DNA from: a virus
DNA: 64,000 nt
Virus genome (UHGV): UHGV-0225074
Strand: one strand, 5' to 3'
Below the pieces are notes generated by a model. It saw only the letters and a list, made by a program, of their open reading frames with translations, searched no databases and was not told the DNA's origin. Positions 9,462 to 18,779 of this stretch are shown piece after piece; position 1 is the first letter of the stretch, and every line of letters starts with the position of its first letter. Position numbers and translations under genes: made by a program.

Positions 9462-9710
9462 TTAAGGCTTGGAAGGAGGGGCTGGTGGTGGACCTGGTCG
9501 CACCATTTTAGCAGAGACTGCGGAGATAATCTCTTCCCGTGTTGGATAGTAAATGCACTCATCCTCTTTTTCCTGGACGTGCTCTGCAATCTTTGCCATT
9601 GCACTTTCTTTCGTCAAAGAGGAATTCCAAATGGTTAGCCACAGGAATCCAAAGAATTTTTCCTGCACCCACCAACGTCCACTTTGACATTTTAGCCTAA
9701 ATTTATTCAT
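9462..9710 (-). CDS. hypothetical protein (82 aa)
   Basis: ORF. Confidence 0.4.
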   Translation of the reverse strand: MNKFRLKCQSGRWWVQEKFFGFLWLTIWNSSLTKESAMAKIAEHVQEKEDECIYYPTREEIISAVSAKMVRPGPPPAPPSKP

Positions 9711-10086
9711 CTTTTACCCTCCGAGCACTGTCCGGCAATGGACCGCCGTTTCTCCAGATCGTACAGGCAGCATACCCAGGTAGATCAGACCTCGATAAAA
9801 GGCACGGCACGTTGGTTGGCTCTACGTACCTTTTTCCTCTCGGAGATACAAAATACATCCATTGACCTGTTTCCTTAACCCCGATGTCTGCCCAAGTCAC
9901 TGACCATTTTGATGTCGCATACAAAGACAACTGCCTGTTTCTAAACAGCTTGAAATAAAGACTTCTAAAAAACTCAATCATAAGAGATACCCTTAACATA
10001 ACGCCAAGTTTTACGGTAATAGGCCAGCCACTTGGCAAGTTCTTCTTCACTGATACCAGATTTGCACAAATACCAGCCGTTGTCAA
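9703..10086 (-). CDS. hypothetical protein (127 aa)
   Basis: ORF. Confidence 0.4.
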   Translation of the reverse strand: MTTAGICANLVSVKKNLPSGWPITVKLGVMLRVSLMIEFFRSLYFKLFRNRQLSLYATSKWSVTWADIGVKETGQWMYFVSPRGKRYVEPTNVPCLLSRSDLPGYAACTIWRNGGPLPDSARRVKDE

Positions 10087-10116
10087 CGCTCACCCGCCCA
10101 TAGATGCAGAATTTTT

Positions 10117-10320
10117 TCATGCGCCCCTCTTCATTATGAAATCGCCAACATACAAAAGCTCATCGATAGCCACTGTCATCGCTGCCCGATTTAATGAGCC
10201 TCTCTCAAACTGGTCTCTCTTTTTCTGGTTGTTGGTGACAGCTTTGACAATATACTCAAGGATTTCTCCTCTTTCTTGTAGCCTCCCCATCTCAATCAGA
10301 TCCTTCTCATATCTCCCCAT
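10117..10320 (-). CDS. hypothetical protein (67 aa)
   Basis: ORF, first gene of leftward unit. Confidence 0.4.
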   Translation of the reverse strand: MGRYEKDLIEMGRLQERGEILEYIVKAVTNNQKKRDQFERGSLNRAAMTVAIDELLYVGDFIMKRGA

Positions 10321-10412
10321 GATTTCTCCTTTGAAGTTGTTTTTGTATATACTACACTATGCCTGTACATGACGTCAAGATACTTAATTAGAAAAAAAAA
10401 ACTCAAAAAGAC

Positions 10413-10441
10413 TTGCACATAAAAATGTGGCCGTTTATAGT
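10413..10441 (+). promoter_or_regulatory. sigma70-like promoter (TTGCAC-17-TATAGT)
   Basis: Upstream of rightward island gene 10497. Confidence 0.5.
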
Positions 10442-10496
10442 GTGTCTGTCGAAACGAAACGACCTAAAAATAACTTCCATATAGGAGAAATTAAAC

Positions 10497-11384
10497 ATGG
10501 CATCTGAAATTACTAAAGCTCAAAAACAAACTTTCTCCGCAACTCATGTTCGCGGTGTCCTGGGTAAATATCCCCGCCACAAACTGTGCAAAGATCTTAT
10601 TGGTACGCAGGTAGGTGCCTTCACTGTCCGCCATTTTTACCGTCATCTGAATGGAAAGACATTGTGGTGGTGTCAGAATAACAACAATAGCAATGAGTAT
10701 ATCATTCGGTCTACTAATAGCATCCATAACTCACTCAACTATCGGCGTAAATCGGCGATTACAAAAGATTCGGCTGTATTACCACCTGAGCGAACAAATG
10801 TTGTCGGTGGGGAATGCGTAATGATCAGCCCTGACGATTCAGGTGTCATCTACGATAACAAGCTGTATCTTCCGGCGGCTTGGCTATTACGTAACGATAC
10901 CTCGGGGACCTACGCCCGTCTTTATAACCGAGTAAGTGGAAAGGCCCGTTCTAAAATGCGTCGTATGGACTCCTTTGGTTGTGTTAAGTCACATCCACAC
11001 CGGAAATACCGTATGCTTACGACGGAGGATATCAAAGAGGCTATCGACGGTATGGGTGGGGAGGAAGAAACCATTCGTCGTATCGAAGCATTAGAGAGTA
11101 AATTCCTTAACAAAGTACCAAAACAGGAAAGTAAGGTCAAGATTGAGGAGAATACGGTCCAAATCACTGTCGATCTCATGGAGGTAGCGAAGGAACGTGT
11201 GCAGAATTTCTTCGAGGGACGAGAAGCCCCAGCGGAGGTAAAACAACAAATGTATAATGACCTTGTAGAGAAGATTCTTAATGACCAACAAACAATCAAG
11301 GTAATTTCTGTAGATATCGGGTCTATCGACAGAGCATTTACAACAGAATTTCAGCTGGAAAGCTTGCTAAAACAACTAAAGTAA
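10497..11384 (+). CDS. hypothetical protein (295 aa)
   Basis: AGGAGA RBS; rightward island inside leftward block. Confidence 0.55.
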   Translation: MASEITKAQKQTFSATHVRGVLGKYPRHKLCKDLIGTQVGAFTVRHFYRHLNGKTLWWCQNNNNSNEYIIRSTNSIHNSLNYRRKSAITKDSAVLPPERTNVVGGECVMISPDDSGVIYDNKLYLPAAWLLRNDTSGTYARLYNRVSGKARSKMRRMDSFGCVKSHPHRKYRMLTTEDIKEAIDGMGGEEETIRRIEALESKFLNKVPKQESKVKIEENTVQITVDLMEVAKERVQNFFEGREAPAEVKQQMYNDLVEKILNDQQTIKVISVDIGSIDRAFTTEFQLESLLKQLK

Positions 11385-11396
11385 GATAGTATTTAA

Positions 11397-11425
11397 GGCG
11401 TACCGATGGGTACGCCTTTTATTTT
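11397..11425 (+). terminator. rho-independent terminator
   Basis: GGCGTACC-gatg-GGTACGCC hairpin plus TTTTATTTT. Confidence 0.6.
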
Positions 11426-11435
11426 GGAGAAAATA

Positions 11436-11675
11436 ATGACCGAGAAAGTTGAAGAACAATTCAAGTATAAGTTCAATGAAATCGTCCTCATCGATGGTCA
11501 ATACGAGGCAACCATTCGAGATATCTATACCAGGACTGTCCGTAAGGACGAGGATACCGTTGAGGTCTATGTGTCTTATCGTCTTCACGAGAAAGATTGG
11601 TGGTATGAGGAGATTCTCCCACACCGTGTACAAAAGTTGAATGGCGAACTTAACTTTGGAGATAAAAAATGCTGA
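11436..11675 (+). CDS. hypothetical protein (79 aa)
   Basis: GGAG RBS 6 nt before ATG 11436. Confidence 0.5.
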   Translation: MTEKVEEQFKYKFNEIVLIDGQYEATIRDIYTRTVRKDEDTVEVYVSYRLHEKDWWYEEILPHRVQKLNGELNFGDKKC

Positions 11676-11965
11676 AACTAGAAGATAGTGGTATGCCTGA
11701 TCGTAACGAGCCGGACCATAAGGTTTGTGTTGATTCCATCTGCCTGCTGTATGGGTTCTCGGAGGATAATATCCTTAACGGTAAACGTTGCCTTGTGCTG
11801 GAGAAGACCGTCCTCGGTGTAAATGGATATTATCCTCGTAACGAATCTTGGTTTCTTTGCCACGTTGATGGACTTCCATATCTACATGATATCCGAGCTG
11901 ATCACTTGATGCACCTGGATGATTCAGATCATCTCGTGATAGAAAAGCTATCCAAAGGTCAATAA
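11669..11965 (+). CDS. hypothetical protein (98 aa)
   Basis: ORF overlapping previous stop. Confidence 0.5.
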   Translation: MLKLEDSGMPDRNEPDHKVCVDSICLLYGFSEDNILNGKRCLVLEKTVLGVNGYYPRNESWFLCHVDGLPYLHDIRADHLMHLDDSDHLVIEKLSKGQ

Positions 11966-11992
11966 AAAACCCGGCGCTTGCCGGGTTTTTTC
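11963..11992. terminator. bidirectional rho-independent terminator
   Basis: CCCGGC-gctt-GCCGGG hairpin flanked by A-run and T-run between convergent genes. Confidence 0.65.
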
Positions 11993-12366
11993 TATACATC
12001 TTTCAACCATTCATTCCTTTCGGTATAGATCATACGGTTTTTCTTCTTCCTGTTGAGGGTCGCAGGTATCACTTGGATATTATCACCACAGTTAAGGCCG
12101 GACACTTTAGTTGCCCTGAGCGGAAGCATGTGGTCTGGTTCCCACTTTATTCCAGTATCTTCACAGCGAACAGAACACAGGTGATCAGCCTCATCCCTGA
12201 CAAACTCATCCCACTCACTATGGAGGGTGGCACGTTTCTCTGCTTCAATACGAGCAAGACGGATACGAAGTTGTTCTGCCTTACCTTCCGGTGTGGAACG
12301 CCGCTGACGATCAATCTCACGACGACGGGCGGCATACTGACGATAATACTCCTGACGATCTCTCAT
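11992..12366 (-). CDS. HNH endonuclease (small, 124 aa)
   Basis: EPDHMLP ... N ... N HNH motif with Cys pairs. Confidence 0.55.
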   Translation of the reverse strand: MRDRQEYYRQYAARRREIDRQRRSTPEGKAEQLRIRLARIEAEKRATLHSEWDEFVRDEADHLCSVRCEDTGIKWEPDHMLPLRATKVSGLNCGDNIQVIPATLNRKKKNRMIYTERNEWLKDV

Positions 12367-12378
12367 AAGAATCTCCTC

Positions 12379-12858
12379 TTAGTGCAAGGTCAGAAATACC
12401 GTCAACAGGCCGTAGAGAACTGCCGCCAGGAGAAACCAGCGGTTATTGGAATTTCTGAACCAGTCTTTTACTCGGTATTTTACACCTAGCGTTTTCTTGT
12501 GTTCACTGATAATCCTATCCAACGATCTATAGAGATCACGAATAGAGGCTTCGAACCCTTCATAACTATCAAAGGCCTCTTCCAGATGTTCTGGATCGAG
12601 CTTCCCCATGTCTCCAACACGAAAAGTGTAAGTTGTTGGTCTTATGGTATTTGAACCCCTAGTGACATCCAGACGACCAACTTTGATAGAAAAAAGGATG
12701 CCGTTTTTGGCATCCCTTATGACGAGAACTCGTTCTTCTGTCACAGGCTCCCTTACGAGAGCGATGCAACCTTTTGAGTTTTCTATAAAACCCTTTTCCA
12801 GCAGAGTATGCCAGTGCTCTCGAAGGATAGGGTGTTCACGTACAATCTTTTGAAACAT
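12379..12858 (-). CDS. hypothetical protein (159 aa)
   Basis: ORF with GGAGG RBS. Confidence 0.5.
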   Translation of the reverse strand: MFQKIVREHPILREHWHTLLEKGFIENSKGCIALVREPVTEERVLVIRDAKNGILFSIKVGRLDVTRGSNTIRPTTYTFRVGDMGKLDPEHLEEAFDSYEGFEASIRDLYRSLDRIISEHKKTLGVKYRVKDWFRNSNNRWFLLAAVLYGLLTVFLTLH

Positions 12859-12930
12859 ACTAACCTCCTATCTTAATGATAGATCCATTTTATCATGAAA
12901 AACAGGGTTATCATATAAGATAGGGACGAT

Positions 12931-13161
12931 TCAGCACTTAAAACTGCACTTGGGACAAGGACAAGATATTCCGTGGACGCATAAACCAGTGCCATCTTTT
13001 CTGACACCCGTGCCACCACAATTAGGACAAGCGTCGTGCATGCATTTCACAGTTCCGGTATCACCGGGAGAAGGCCAGACAACTTTCTTGATGCCTTGCT
13101 GCTCATAATAACGGTCTTGCAGGATCTTGGCCTGCTCTGCGGTCAGTGGTCCATAGCTCAT
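12931..13161 (-). CDS. DnaJ-type zinc-finger-like Cys-rich protein (76 aa)
   Basis: CPNCGGTG and CxxC repeats. Confidence 0.45.
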   Translation of the reverse strand: MSYGPLTAEQAKILQDRYYEQQGIKKVVWPSPGDTGTVKCMHDACPNCGGTGVRKDGTGLCVHGISCPCPKCSFKC

Positions 13162-13334
13162 ACTGTATACCCCTTACATTGTAGCCAAACAAAGAAATCC
13201 TCCAACCAATCTTCCTGATCTCTGGTGTCGGGCCAGTTCTCAGGCTCTTCGGAGAGATTCCTGTGCATTTTATATTCTGATTGCCATTCGGAAATCAGTT
13301 CTACCATTCTACCCATAAACTCAAGCTGTCGCAT
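13158..13334 (-). CDS. small acidic protein (about 58 aa)
   Basis: GGAG RBS; TGA overlaps next ATG; not in ORF track. Confidence 0.35.
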   Translation of the reverse strand: MRQLEFMGRMVELISEWQSEYKMHRNLSEEPENWPDTRDQEDWLEDFFVWLQCKGYTV

Positions 13335-13551
13335 TTCTTCTCCTCATAACATAGTGGATTAAGGCCCCGAAGGGCCATGCAAAACCAATGGCAAAGCAGA
13401 TTTCAGACCAGTCTCGATCTGTACGGGCTTTATAAATCTGCTTCAGGACTACGTCCTTTTCCATCTTTACTGAGTATACCACAGCAATTATCGCATATGC
13501 AACACCAAAAAGTCCTACCAGAGCTTCAATCATCCCATCTTGCTCCAGCAC
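13321..13551 (-). CDS. membrane protein (76 aa)
   Basis: Two hydrophobic segments. Confidence 0.45.
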   Translation of the reverse strand: MLEQDGMIEALVGLFGVAYAIIAVVYSVKMEKDVVLKQIYKARTDRDWSEICFAIGFAWPFGALIHYVMRRRNATA

Positions 13552-14603
13552 ATGTCCTGAGCCGTCATGAGGACCCTTGCAAACAGGTCAAGATCCGCCA
13601 TTTTAGGAAGTTGTGTCTTTTTGTACAAATCTTCCCGGATATAACGATCCTTCTCGTCAGCCCATGAGAGCAATTCGTCAAGAGTCCATTTACCTGCCCG
13701 GATGTCGAGAAGTTCCTGAGCATCAGGACGCTTCACGAGTACCTTACCCTCAGAAAGGATCTCTTCCGCCATACGCATCAGGCGTACAAGGTGCATCGCG
13801 TGTTTGGTATCATAACCAAAGTCAACTTCGAGCTGATGACGAACTTCGTTTCGGTTCTGTTTCCATGTCCAATAGTTACGATGCTTCTCTTTGGCCTGTT
13901 TGTGTTCCTCTGCCAAATATTTGACAATAAAGACAGGTTTTCTCCGCTTGTCAGAATCAGAAAGTTGCTGATAGTCAACATGGCGAATTGAACCGTCAGC
14001 ATTGAACATCCCTGAGCTACTGAAGTTTTCCATCACCCCATAGATATCGTTCCCATAAGGTACAAGGATACACATATCGTTGAGATTGTTCATTGCTTCC
14101 ATGAAGCGATCATGTTTAATTGCCCCAGCAAGGAACTCGTTCTCACTATAGTTGTGAACTAAGCGGAAGAACTCCTTTTGCGTAGGCTTTGCCTCTGGCT
14201 GAGGATTGCTGATCCACTTATCATGACCGCGAATACGCTTAAGCTGTGCCATCGCATAGCCAGAAAAGGAGAACGCTACCTTACTGGTCAGTAGCGCCGG
14301 AGCCATTGTGCGAAGATATTCATAAACTTCAGAGGTTTGCAGAATATCCTTATCATCGACAAACATCAGTTCGATAATGTTGGGGTTCATCTCTGCAAAC
14401 AATTTCATGAAGTTTGTCAGCTCATAAATCTTCCCATCTTCTTCATCTTTCAGTGTCTGCTCTTTGATGTTAAAGAACGGGGTGCGAATGAATTTAGGAG
14501 GGGCGCAGAACAGACCCCGGATATCCACATCACTAGTTGGCAGATTTGTGCCATAAGCCAAACTTCCTGAGTGGCATCGCATCACTTCGAAATTTTCCAT
14601 CAT
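13530..14603 (-). CDS. nucleotidyltransferase-fold protein with OAS/cGAS/CD-NTase-like motif
   Basis: HSGSLAYGTNLPTSDVDIRGLF matches the GS-x3-GT-x-L-x3-SD-x-D signature. Confidence 0.5.
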   Translation of the reverse strand: MMENFEVMRCHSGSLAYGTNLPTSDVDIRGLFCAPPKFIRTPFFNIKEQTLKDEEDGKIYELTNFMKLFAEMNPNIIELMFVDDKDILQTSEVYEYLRTMAPALLTSKVAFSFSGYAMAQLKRIRGHDKWISNPQPEAKPTQKEFFRLVHNYSENEFLAGAIKHDRFMEAMNNLNDMCILVPYGNDIYGVMENFSSSGMFNADGSIRHVDYQQLSDSDKRRKPVFIVKYLAEEHKQAKEKHRNYWTWKQNRNEVRHQLEVDFGYDTKHAMHLVRLMRMAEEILSEGKVLVKRPDAQELLDIRAGKWTLDELLSWADEKDRYIREDLYKKTQLPKMADLDLFARVLMTAQDMCWSKMG

Positions 14604-14609
14604 CTCTCC

Positions 14610-14984
14610 TTAGGAGGTTACCAGTTTCATCGGGCGTTTCATATCCCAAAAGTTCAGGAGGCCCTGACACAGTTGCTTTGTGGGCAGACCATCTTTATTC
14701 ATCGGGGCTTCGTCACGCAGACGGCGGATCTCTTCAAGCAGAAGGATCACCTCATCTGGATAATAACCAGTAGGCTCTTCCGCCTTGATCATACAGATAC
14801 CAGGTTTCCACTTAGAAAAAGAGTAACGACTCTCGTCTTCTTTCCGGTTAGGGTATGCATCAACCAACACCTTGGCTAGCTTACCCCGGATCTGCTTTAC
14901 AATGCCGGGTTTCAGTTCATTGTACCCGAAATAAATATAAACAGAGTCGCCAACCTTGAGAGTATCGCCACGAACATCATTCAT
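14610..14984 (-). CDS. hypothetical protein (124 aa)
   Basis: ORF. Confidence 0.45.
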   Translation of the reverse strand: MNDVRGDTLKVGDSVYIYFGYNELKPGIVKQIRGKLAKVLVDAYPNRKEDESRYSFSKWKPGICMIKAEEPTGYYPDEVILLLEEIRRLRDEAPMNKDGLPTKQLCQGLLNFWDMKRPMKLVTS

Positions 14985-14985
14985 G

Positions 14986-15477
14986 CTATTCTCCTTTCAG
15001 TCGGAAAGATTTGATCATGGTAATCAGGTCTTTCTCCACTTGGGTATAGTTGTGGATAACATTTCCCATCTCATCACGATACTGATTCGCAATTTGTGGA
15101 CCTGACAGTTGACCTGGTCGGTATACGAGATCCGCAACTTCCATGTATTGTGGATTGTACATATACTCTGGTAGTACAACAGCAACTGCCGTCATTGCCC
15201 CGTTAAGAGCATCCTTTTCCTCGCAGAACGAGGCCCACGGGTACGTAGCTGAAACAGGGATCAGCTTTTGACACAGGGATTGAAGGCTTGACTGATAACC
15301 GCCATTAAGAACAATGATAGTCTTATCTTCATCAGCCCATTCCAATACTAACTTACCTGCCTTTGTCTTGGCAGGGGTGTAGTCACGGAATACCTCAGCG
15401 ATCGCATGAGCGGACTGAATTCCGGCATGGATACCTGCAATATACTGATTTACTACGCAATACATACGTGTCTTCAT
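14986..15477 (-). CDS. PTH2-like peptidyl-tRNA hydrolase family protein (putative)
   Basis: GIHAGIQSAHA resembles the PTH2 'K..aQ.SHA' motif. Confidence 0.35.
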   Translation of the reverse strand: MKTRMYCVVNQYIAGIHAGIQSAHAIAEVFRDYTPAKTKAGKLVLEWADEDKTIIVLNGGYQSSLQSLCQKLIPVSATYPWASFCEEKDALNGAMTAVAVVLPEYMYNPQYMEVADLVYRPGQLSGPQIANQYRDEMGNVIHNYTQVEKDLITMIKSFRLKGE

Positions 15478-15692
15478 TATTTCTTTCTCCTGTACACAAC
15501 TGTACTACTATTCAGATGCTTCCCTACCCAACCACAAATGGCACATAAAATAGCTAACCACCAAAAAACACCACAGATCAGGGAAATTAAAATATCTCCG
15601 ACCCTCAGTAAATCTTGTTCACGAAGGGTGTGGTAAATTACAGCCCCTGCCATGATGATACCGAGAACAATATAAATAATGGCAAAAATCAT
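15477..15692 (-). CDS. membrane protein (71 aa)
   Basis: Two TM-like segments. Confidence 0.45.
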   Translation of the reverse strand: MIFAIIYIVLGIIMAGAVIYHTLREQDLLRVGDILISLICGVFWWLAILCAICGWVGKHLNSSTVVYRRKK

Positions 15693-16045
15693 TTCCCTTT
15701 CCTTTCCTTCACAAACTTAACCAGAAGAAACATCCCCAATCCTATGGCCGCAGTTATGGCAAGGAATATAAATGCGGGAAGAAGCATAACCCCCAGCCCT
15801 ATGATTACCGGAAGGAATAAACCGCACATAACAGCTATCAACGCTGGAATTCCATATTTATCCCATACTGTGTCGTCCTCTGCACGATAAACGAGACCAA
15901 CACACAATCCAGCCAAGACACTTAGAACGACAACCAGCAAGGCTGCGTTATTAAAGATAAATCTCCATATAGGGAGTACAACGTCATCAAGATAATTCAT
16001 TTTTCTATCCTTTTTTGAAGAACTCTGTGTATTTAAACATAGCAC
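15689..16045 (-). CDS. membrane protein (118 aa)
   Basis: Multiple hydrophobic segments. Confidence 0.45.
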   Translation of the reverse strand: MLCLNTQSSSKKDRKMNYLDDVVLPIWRFIFNNAALLVVVLSVLAGLCVGLVYRAEDDTVWDKYGIPALIAVMCGLFLPVIIGLGVMLLPAFIFLAITAAIGLGMFLLVKFVKERKGK

Positions 16046-16214
16046 CCTTGTAGCTTGGATGCAAGCGATAATTACAACCTTTTTCGATACACCAATCTGT
16101 GGCCTTGTTACGCAGGGCTACTAAACCACACCAAGCACAAACTTGCTTCCCTGCATGTTTGTCCAGAAAGAAATGATGTTTCTCGTAGGTGTACTCTTCT
16201 TTGTCCTTAGGCAT
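16005..16214 (-). CDS. zinc-finger protein (about 69 aa from ATG 16214)
   Basis: GGAGG RBS; CAWCG ... CIEKGC. Confidence 0.4.
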   Translation of the reverse strand: MPKDKEEYTYEKHHFFLDKHAGKQVCAWCGLVALRNKATDWCIEKGCNYRLHPSYKGAMFKYTEFFKKG

Positions 16215-16665
16215 TATTCTGCTCCTCCAGCCAATCCCCAAGCTCATCCCTGGTCTGTTTGAAAGACTCAAGTTCAAGCAGTTTTTCATCTTTTTCCGTG
16301 AGCCTGTCTGCCAGGTTGAAAAGTCTTGCTAACGCATGGTTGAGCAGCGTTTTCTCAAATAGGGTTGCCCAAGAAATCCCTTTAAAACTGATTGAGTGAT
16401 CAGTCCCATACTCAGTTATATCGAAGATTTCCACCTTCTCTATGCGGAAAGGAAGCTCCCCATTTTTCCACACAAGAAATTTCCTTTTCCCTTCATATGC
16501 AGTCCTAAAGTTGTTCGCCTCTTTTTCCAAGAACTTAAGGAATTCCCAAGCCGGGTAATCACATCTCGCCACAAGTCGAGCATACTCTGCCTTCGCGTCT
16601 ATAGTATTCTTTGGAGAGCGTCTTATCCACCACAGGTTAAAGTCTTCGTGACTTACAAGTTTCAT
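16207..16665 (-). CDS. hypothetical protein (152 aa)
   Basis: ORF. Confidence 0.45.
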   Translation of the reverse strand: MKLVSHEDFNLWWIRRSPKNTIDAKAEYARLVARCDYPAWEFLKFLEKEANNFRTAYEGKRKFLVWKNGELPFRIEKVEIFDITEYGTDHSISFKGISWATLFEKTLLNHALARLFNLADRLTEKDEKLLELESFKQTRDELGDWLEEQNNA

Positions 16666-17909
16666 GATCTCTCCTTAAGAACATTACGGATTGCATCGAT
16701 ACGTGCAACACGGATCGCCTCACCGATCTCCTTGCCGCTTTTGCCTTTCTCCAGCATTGCGGAAGATACCGCCTTGCTGTCCATATTTACAACCGCCTCG
16801 AAAGCATCAAGGAGAATTTTTCCTTGCGGGTATTCCTTGTCTGCGTGGGTGGCACCGCGACCACGGGCATCGCAGAAACAAGCGTCTGCTAAGGCAAACA
16901 CCTTATCCTGTGTCTTCTGACTAGCCACGTTACCTGCGGCTTCGAAAAGCTTGATCATGGAACGTGGCTTGATTCCTTTATTATTCCCACGGCCCAAAAT
17001 GCAATGCACACGAGTATGGTGCTCTGTCACGTACAGTGCAATATCCCTGAATTCGTTAGGAACTCGAATCCGACTGCACAGCGTCCGCACAGGATCAAGA
17101 CCAGCCTCTTCATGACCGTGAAGATTACCGTACTTACGGAAAGTGATCGCCTTTCCAAAGTCATGACACAGCACCGCAAATTTCACCTGAGGAGAGCAAA
17201 AGGTTTTATCGGCCTGTTGCAGACACATCAACGTATGAATGAAAGCGTCTCCCTCAGGGTGATGTTCTGGTGGTTGCTCTACTCCACGTAGGGAATCCAG
17301 TTCTGGAAGTTCGCCCATAATCGACATGTGGTAGGCGTAATTATGGAAGTTTTTGGAATTTAAGGCCTTTTCCATTTCTTTCCATTTCCGCTCAGGGCTA
17401 ATCTCCGCAAGACGGTGACGATTATTAAACATAAGTGTGTATGTTTTATGGTCAACAGACCAACTCTCACCCAACTGCGACTTAAGACGGAAAAGACGCA
17501 GAATACGCAGAGGGTCATCCATGAATGCCGACGTCGTATGACGAAGAGTCATGTTTGACAGGTCATCCATACCATTGAACGGGTCAATGATAAATCCTGT
17601 TTCCATGTCTTTAGCCATCGCATTGATCGTCAGGTCACGACGCGATAAATCCTCTTCCAGAGTTACATCCGGGCTGAAGAAGGTCTCAAAGCCAGTATGG
17701 CCTTCACCAGTTTTACGCTCAGTACGGGCCAGTGCGTATTCTTCTTTGGTTTCAGGATGAAGGTAGACAGGAAAAGCGGCGCCAACCTGGGTGAAACCTT
17801 TTTCAATCATCTCTTCGTGTGTTGCACCCACAACCACGTAATCACGGTCATGAACTGGACGACCAAGCAACCCATCACGAACAGCGCCACCTACCAGATA
17901 TACTTTCAT
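16662..17909 (-). CDS. cca: tRNA nucleotidyltransferase (class II CCA-adding enzyme) with HD domain
   Basis: N-terminal GGAVRD ... RD.D head motif and HDFGK HD motif. Confidence 0.8.
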   Translation of the reverse strand: MKVYLVGGAVRDGLLGRPVHDRDYVVVGATHEEMIEKGFTQVGAAFPVYLHPETKEEYALARTERKTGEGHTGFETFFSPDVTLEEDLSRRDLTINAMAKDMETGFIIDPFNGMDDLSNMTLRHTTSAFMDDPLRILRLFRLKSQLGESWSVDHKTYTLMFNNRHRLAEISPERKWKEMEKALNSKNFHNYAYHMSIMGELPELDSLRGVEQPPEHHPEGDAFIHTLMCLQQADKTFCSPQVKFAVLCHDFGKAITFRKYGNLHGHEEAGLDPVRTLCSRIRVPNEFRDIALYVTEHHTRVHCILGRGNNKGIKPRSMIKLFEAAGNVASQKTQDKVFALADACFCDARGRGATHADKEYPQGKILLDAFEAVVNMDSKAVSSAMLEKGKSGKEIGEAIRVARIDAIRNVLKERS

Positions 17910-17918
17910 CTTTTCTCC

Positions 17919-18185
17919 TTAGAAATTTTCTGTGTTGATGAAGTTTACACCGTTGTGCCTCAACACGTCAATCTTTAATTGACGGTGAAGTCGATCATAT
18001 TCTTTTGTAATAGTATTGCGATCCTCTTGGTGTTTACCAAACTCATCAATTGGTCTGACATATATCACCTTTCCACGATTATATGTACCGCATGATGTTT
18101 TTACATCGAAATTCTCTTGAAGGTCGCCCTCAAGAACAACGTAATACGGGTACAGATCGTATTTTAAAAATGCAGTTACTTTCAT
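17919..18185 (-). CDS. hypothetical protein (88 aa)
   Basis: ORF. Confidence 0.45.
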   Translation of the reverse strand: MKVTAFLKYDLYPYYVVLEGDLQENFDVKTSCGTYNRGKVIYVRPIDEFGKHQEDRNTITKEYDRLHRQLKIDVLRHNGVNFINTENF

Positions 18186-18189
18186 AGTC

Positions 18190-18474
18190 TCACCACATCA
18201 CGTAAGTTTTATAAATTTGGGGAAGATTGTTTTTATTCATGAAGATATCGTACTCTTCAAGACCATTTTCACCTTCAACGAAAAATGTAAACTGGACACT
18301 GTTCCAGTGTTTTCCATGCTCATTCAGAGTTATGGCTGTGCTGCTACGATCAATAGCAACTTCAAGCACAGGGAGAATTTCTTCCTCATCATGAGTTTTC
18401 AAAAACTCTTTTGCTCGTTTCTCATCATAAGGCCAACCCGCATTCGGGTTAGTAAGCTTTGCGTAAAGATTCAT
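18190..18474 (-). CDS. hypothetical protein (94 aa)
   Basis: ORF. Confidence 0.45.
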   Translation of the reverse strand: MNLYAKLTNPNAGWPYDEKRAKEFLKTHDEEEILPVLEVAIDRSSTAITLNEHGKHWNSVQFTFFVEGENGLEEYDIFMNKNNLPQIYKTYVMW

Positions 18475-18779
18475 TCAGTAATCTCCAGCTCTTCTGCGGT
18501 ATACACATCGTTACCTTCGTACACTGTACCACCAATACGCACGACGAATGTACGATCAACAACCTTACCAAAGTGTAAAGTTCTTGATCCTCCGCCCGTG
18601 GTTAAGTAGACATCCCGACTAGTGCGTGCAGTCCCGCACAACTTATCCTCGGAATAAATAGCCATCTCTGTCCCAGCAGGTATTGCTACGACTGCTGTTA
18701 CAATTTGTCCAACAGTAGAAGATGTTCCCACAACTTCACTGCACAGATCTCTAACAACGGTATAGATTTTATTAATCAT
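18471..18779 (-). CDS. hypothetical protein (102 aa)
   Basis: ORF. Confidence 0.45.
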   Translation of the reverse strand: MINKIYTVVRDLCSEVVGTSSTVGQIVTAVVAIPAGTEMAIYSEDKLCGTARTSRDVYLTTGGGSRTLHFGKVVDRTFVVRIGGTVYEGNDVYTAEELEITE

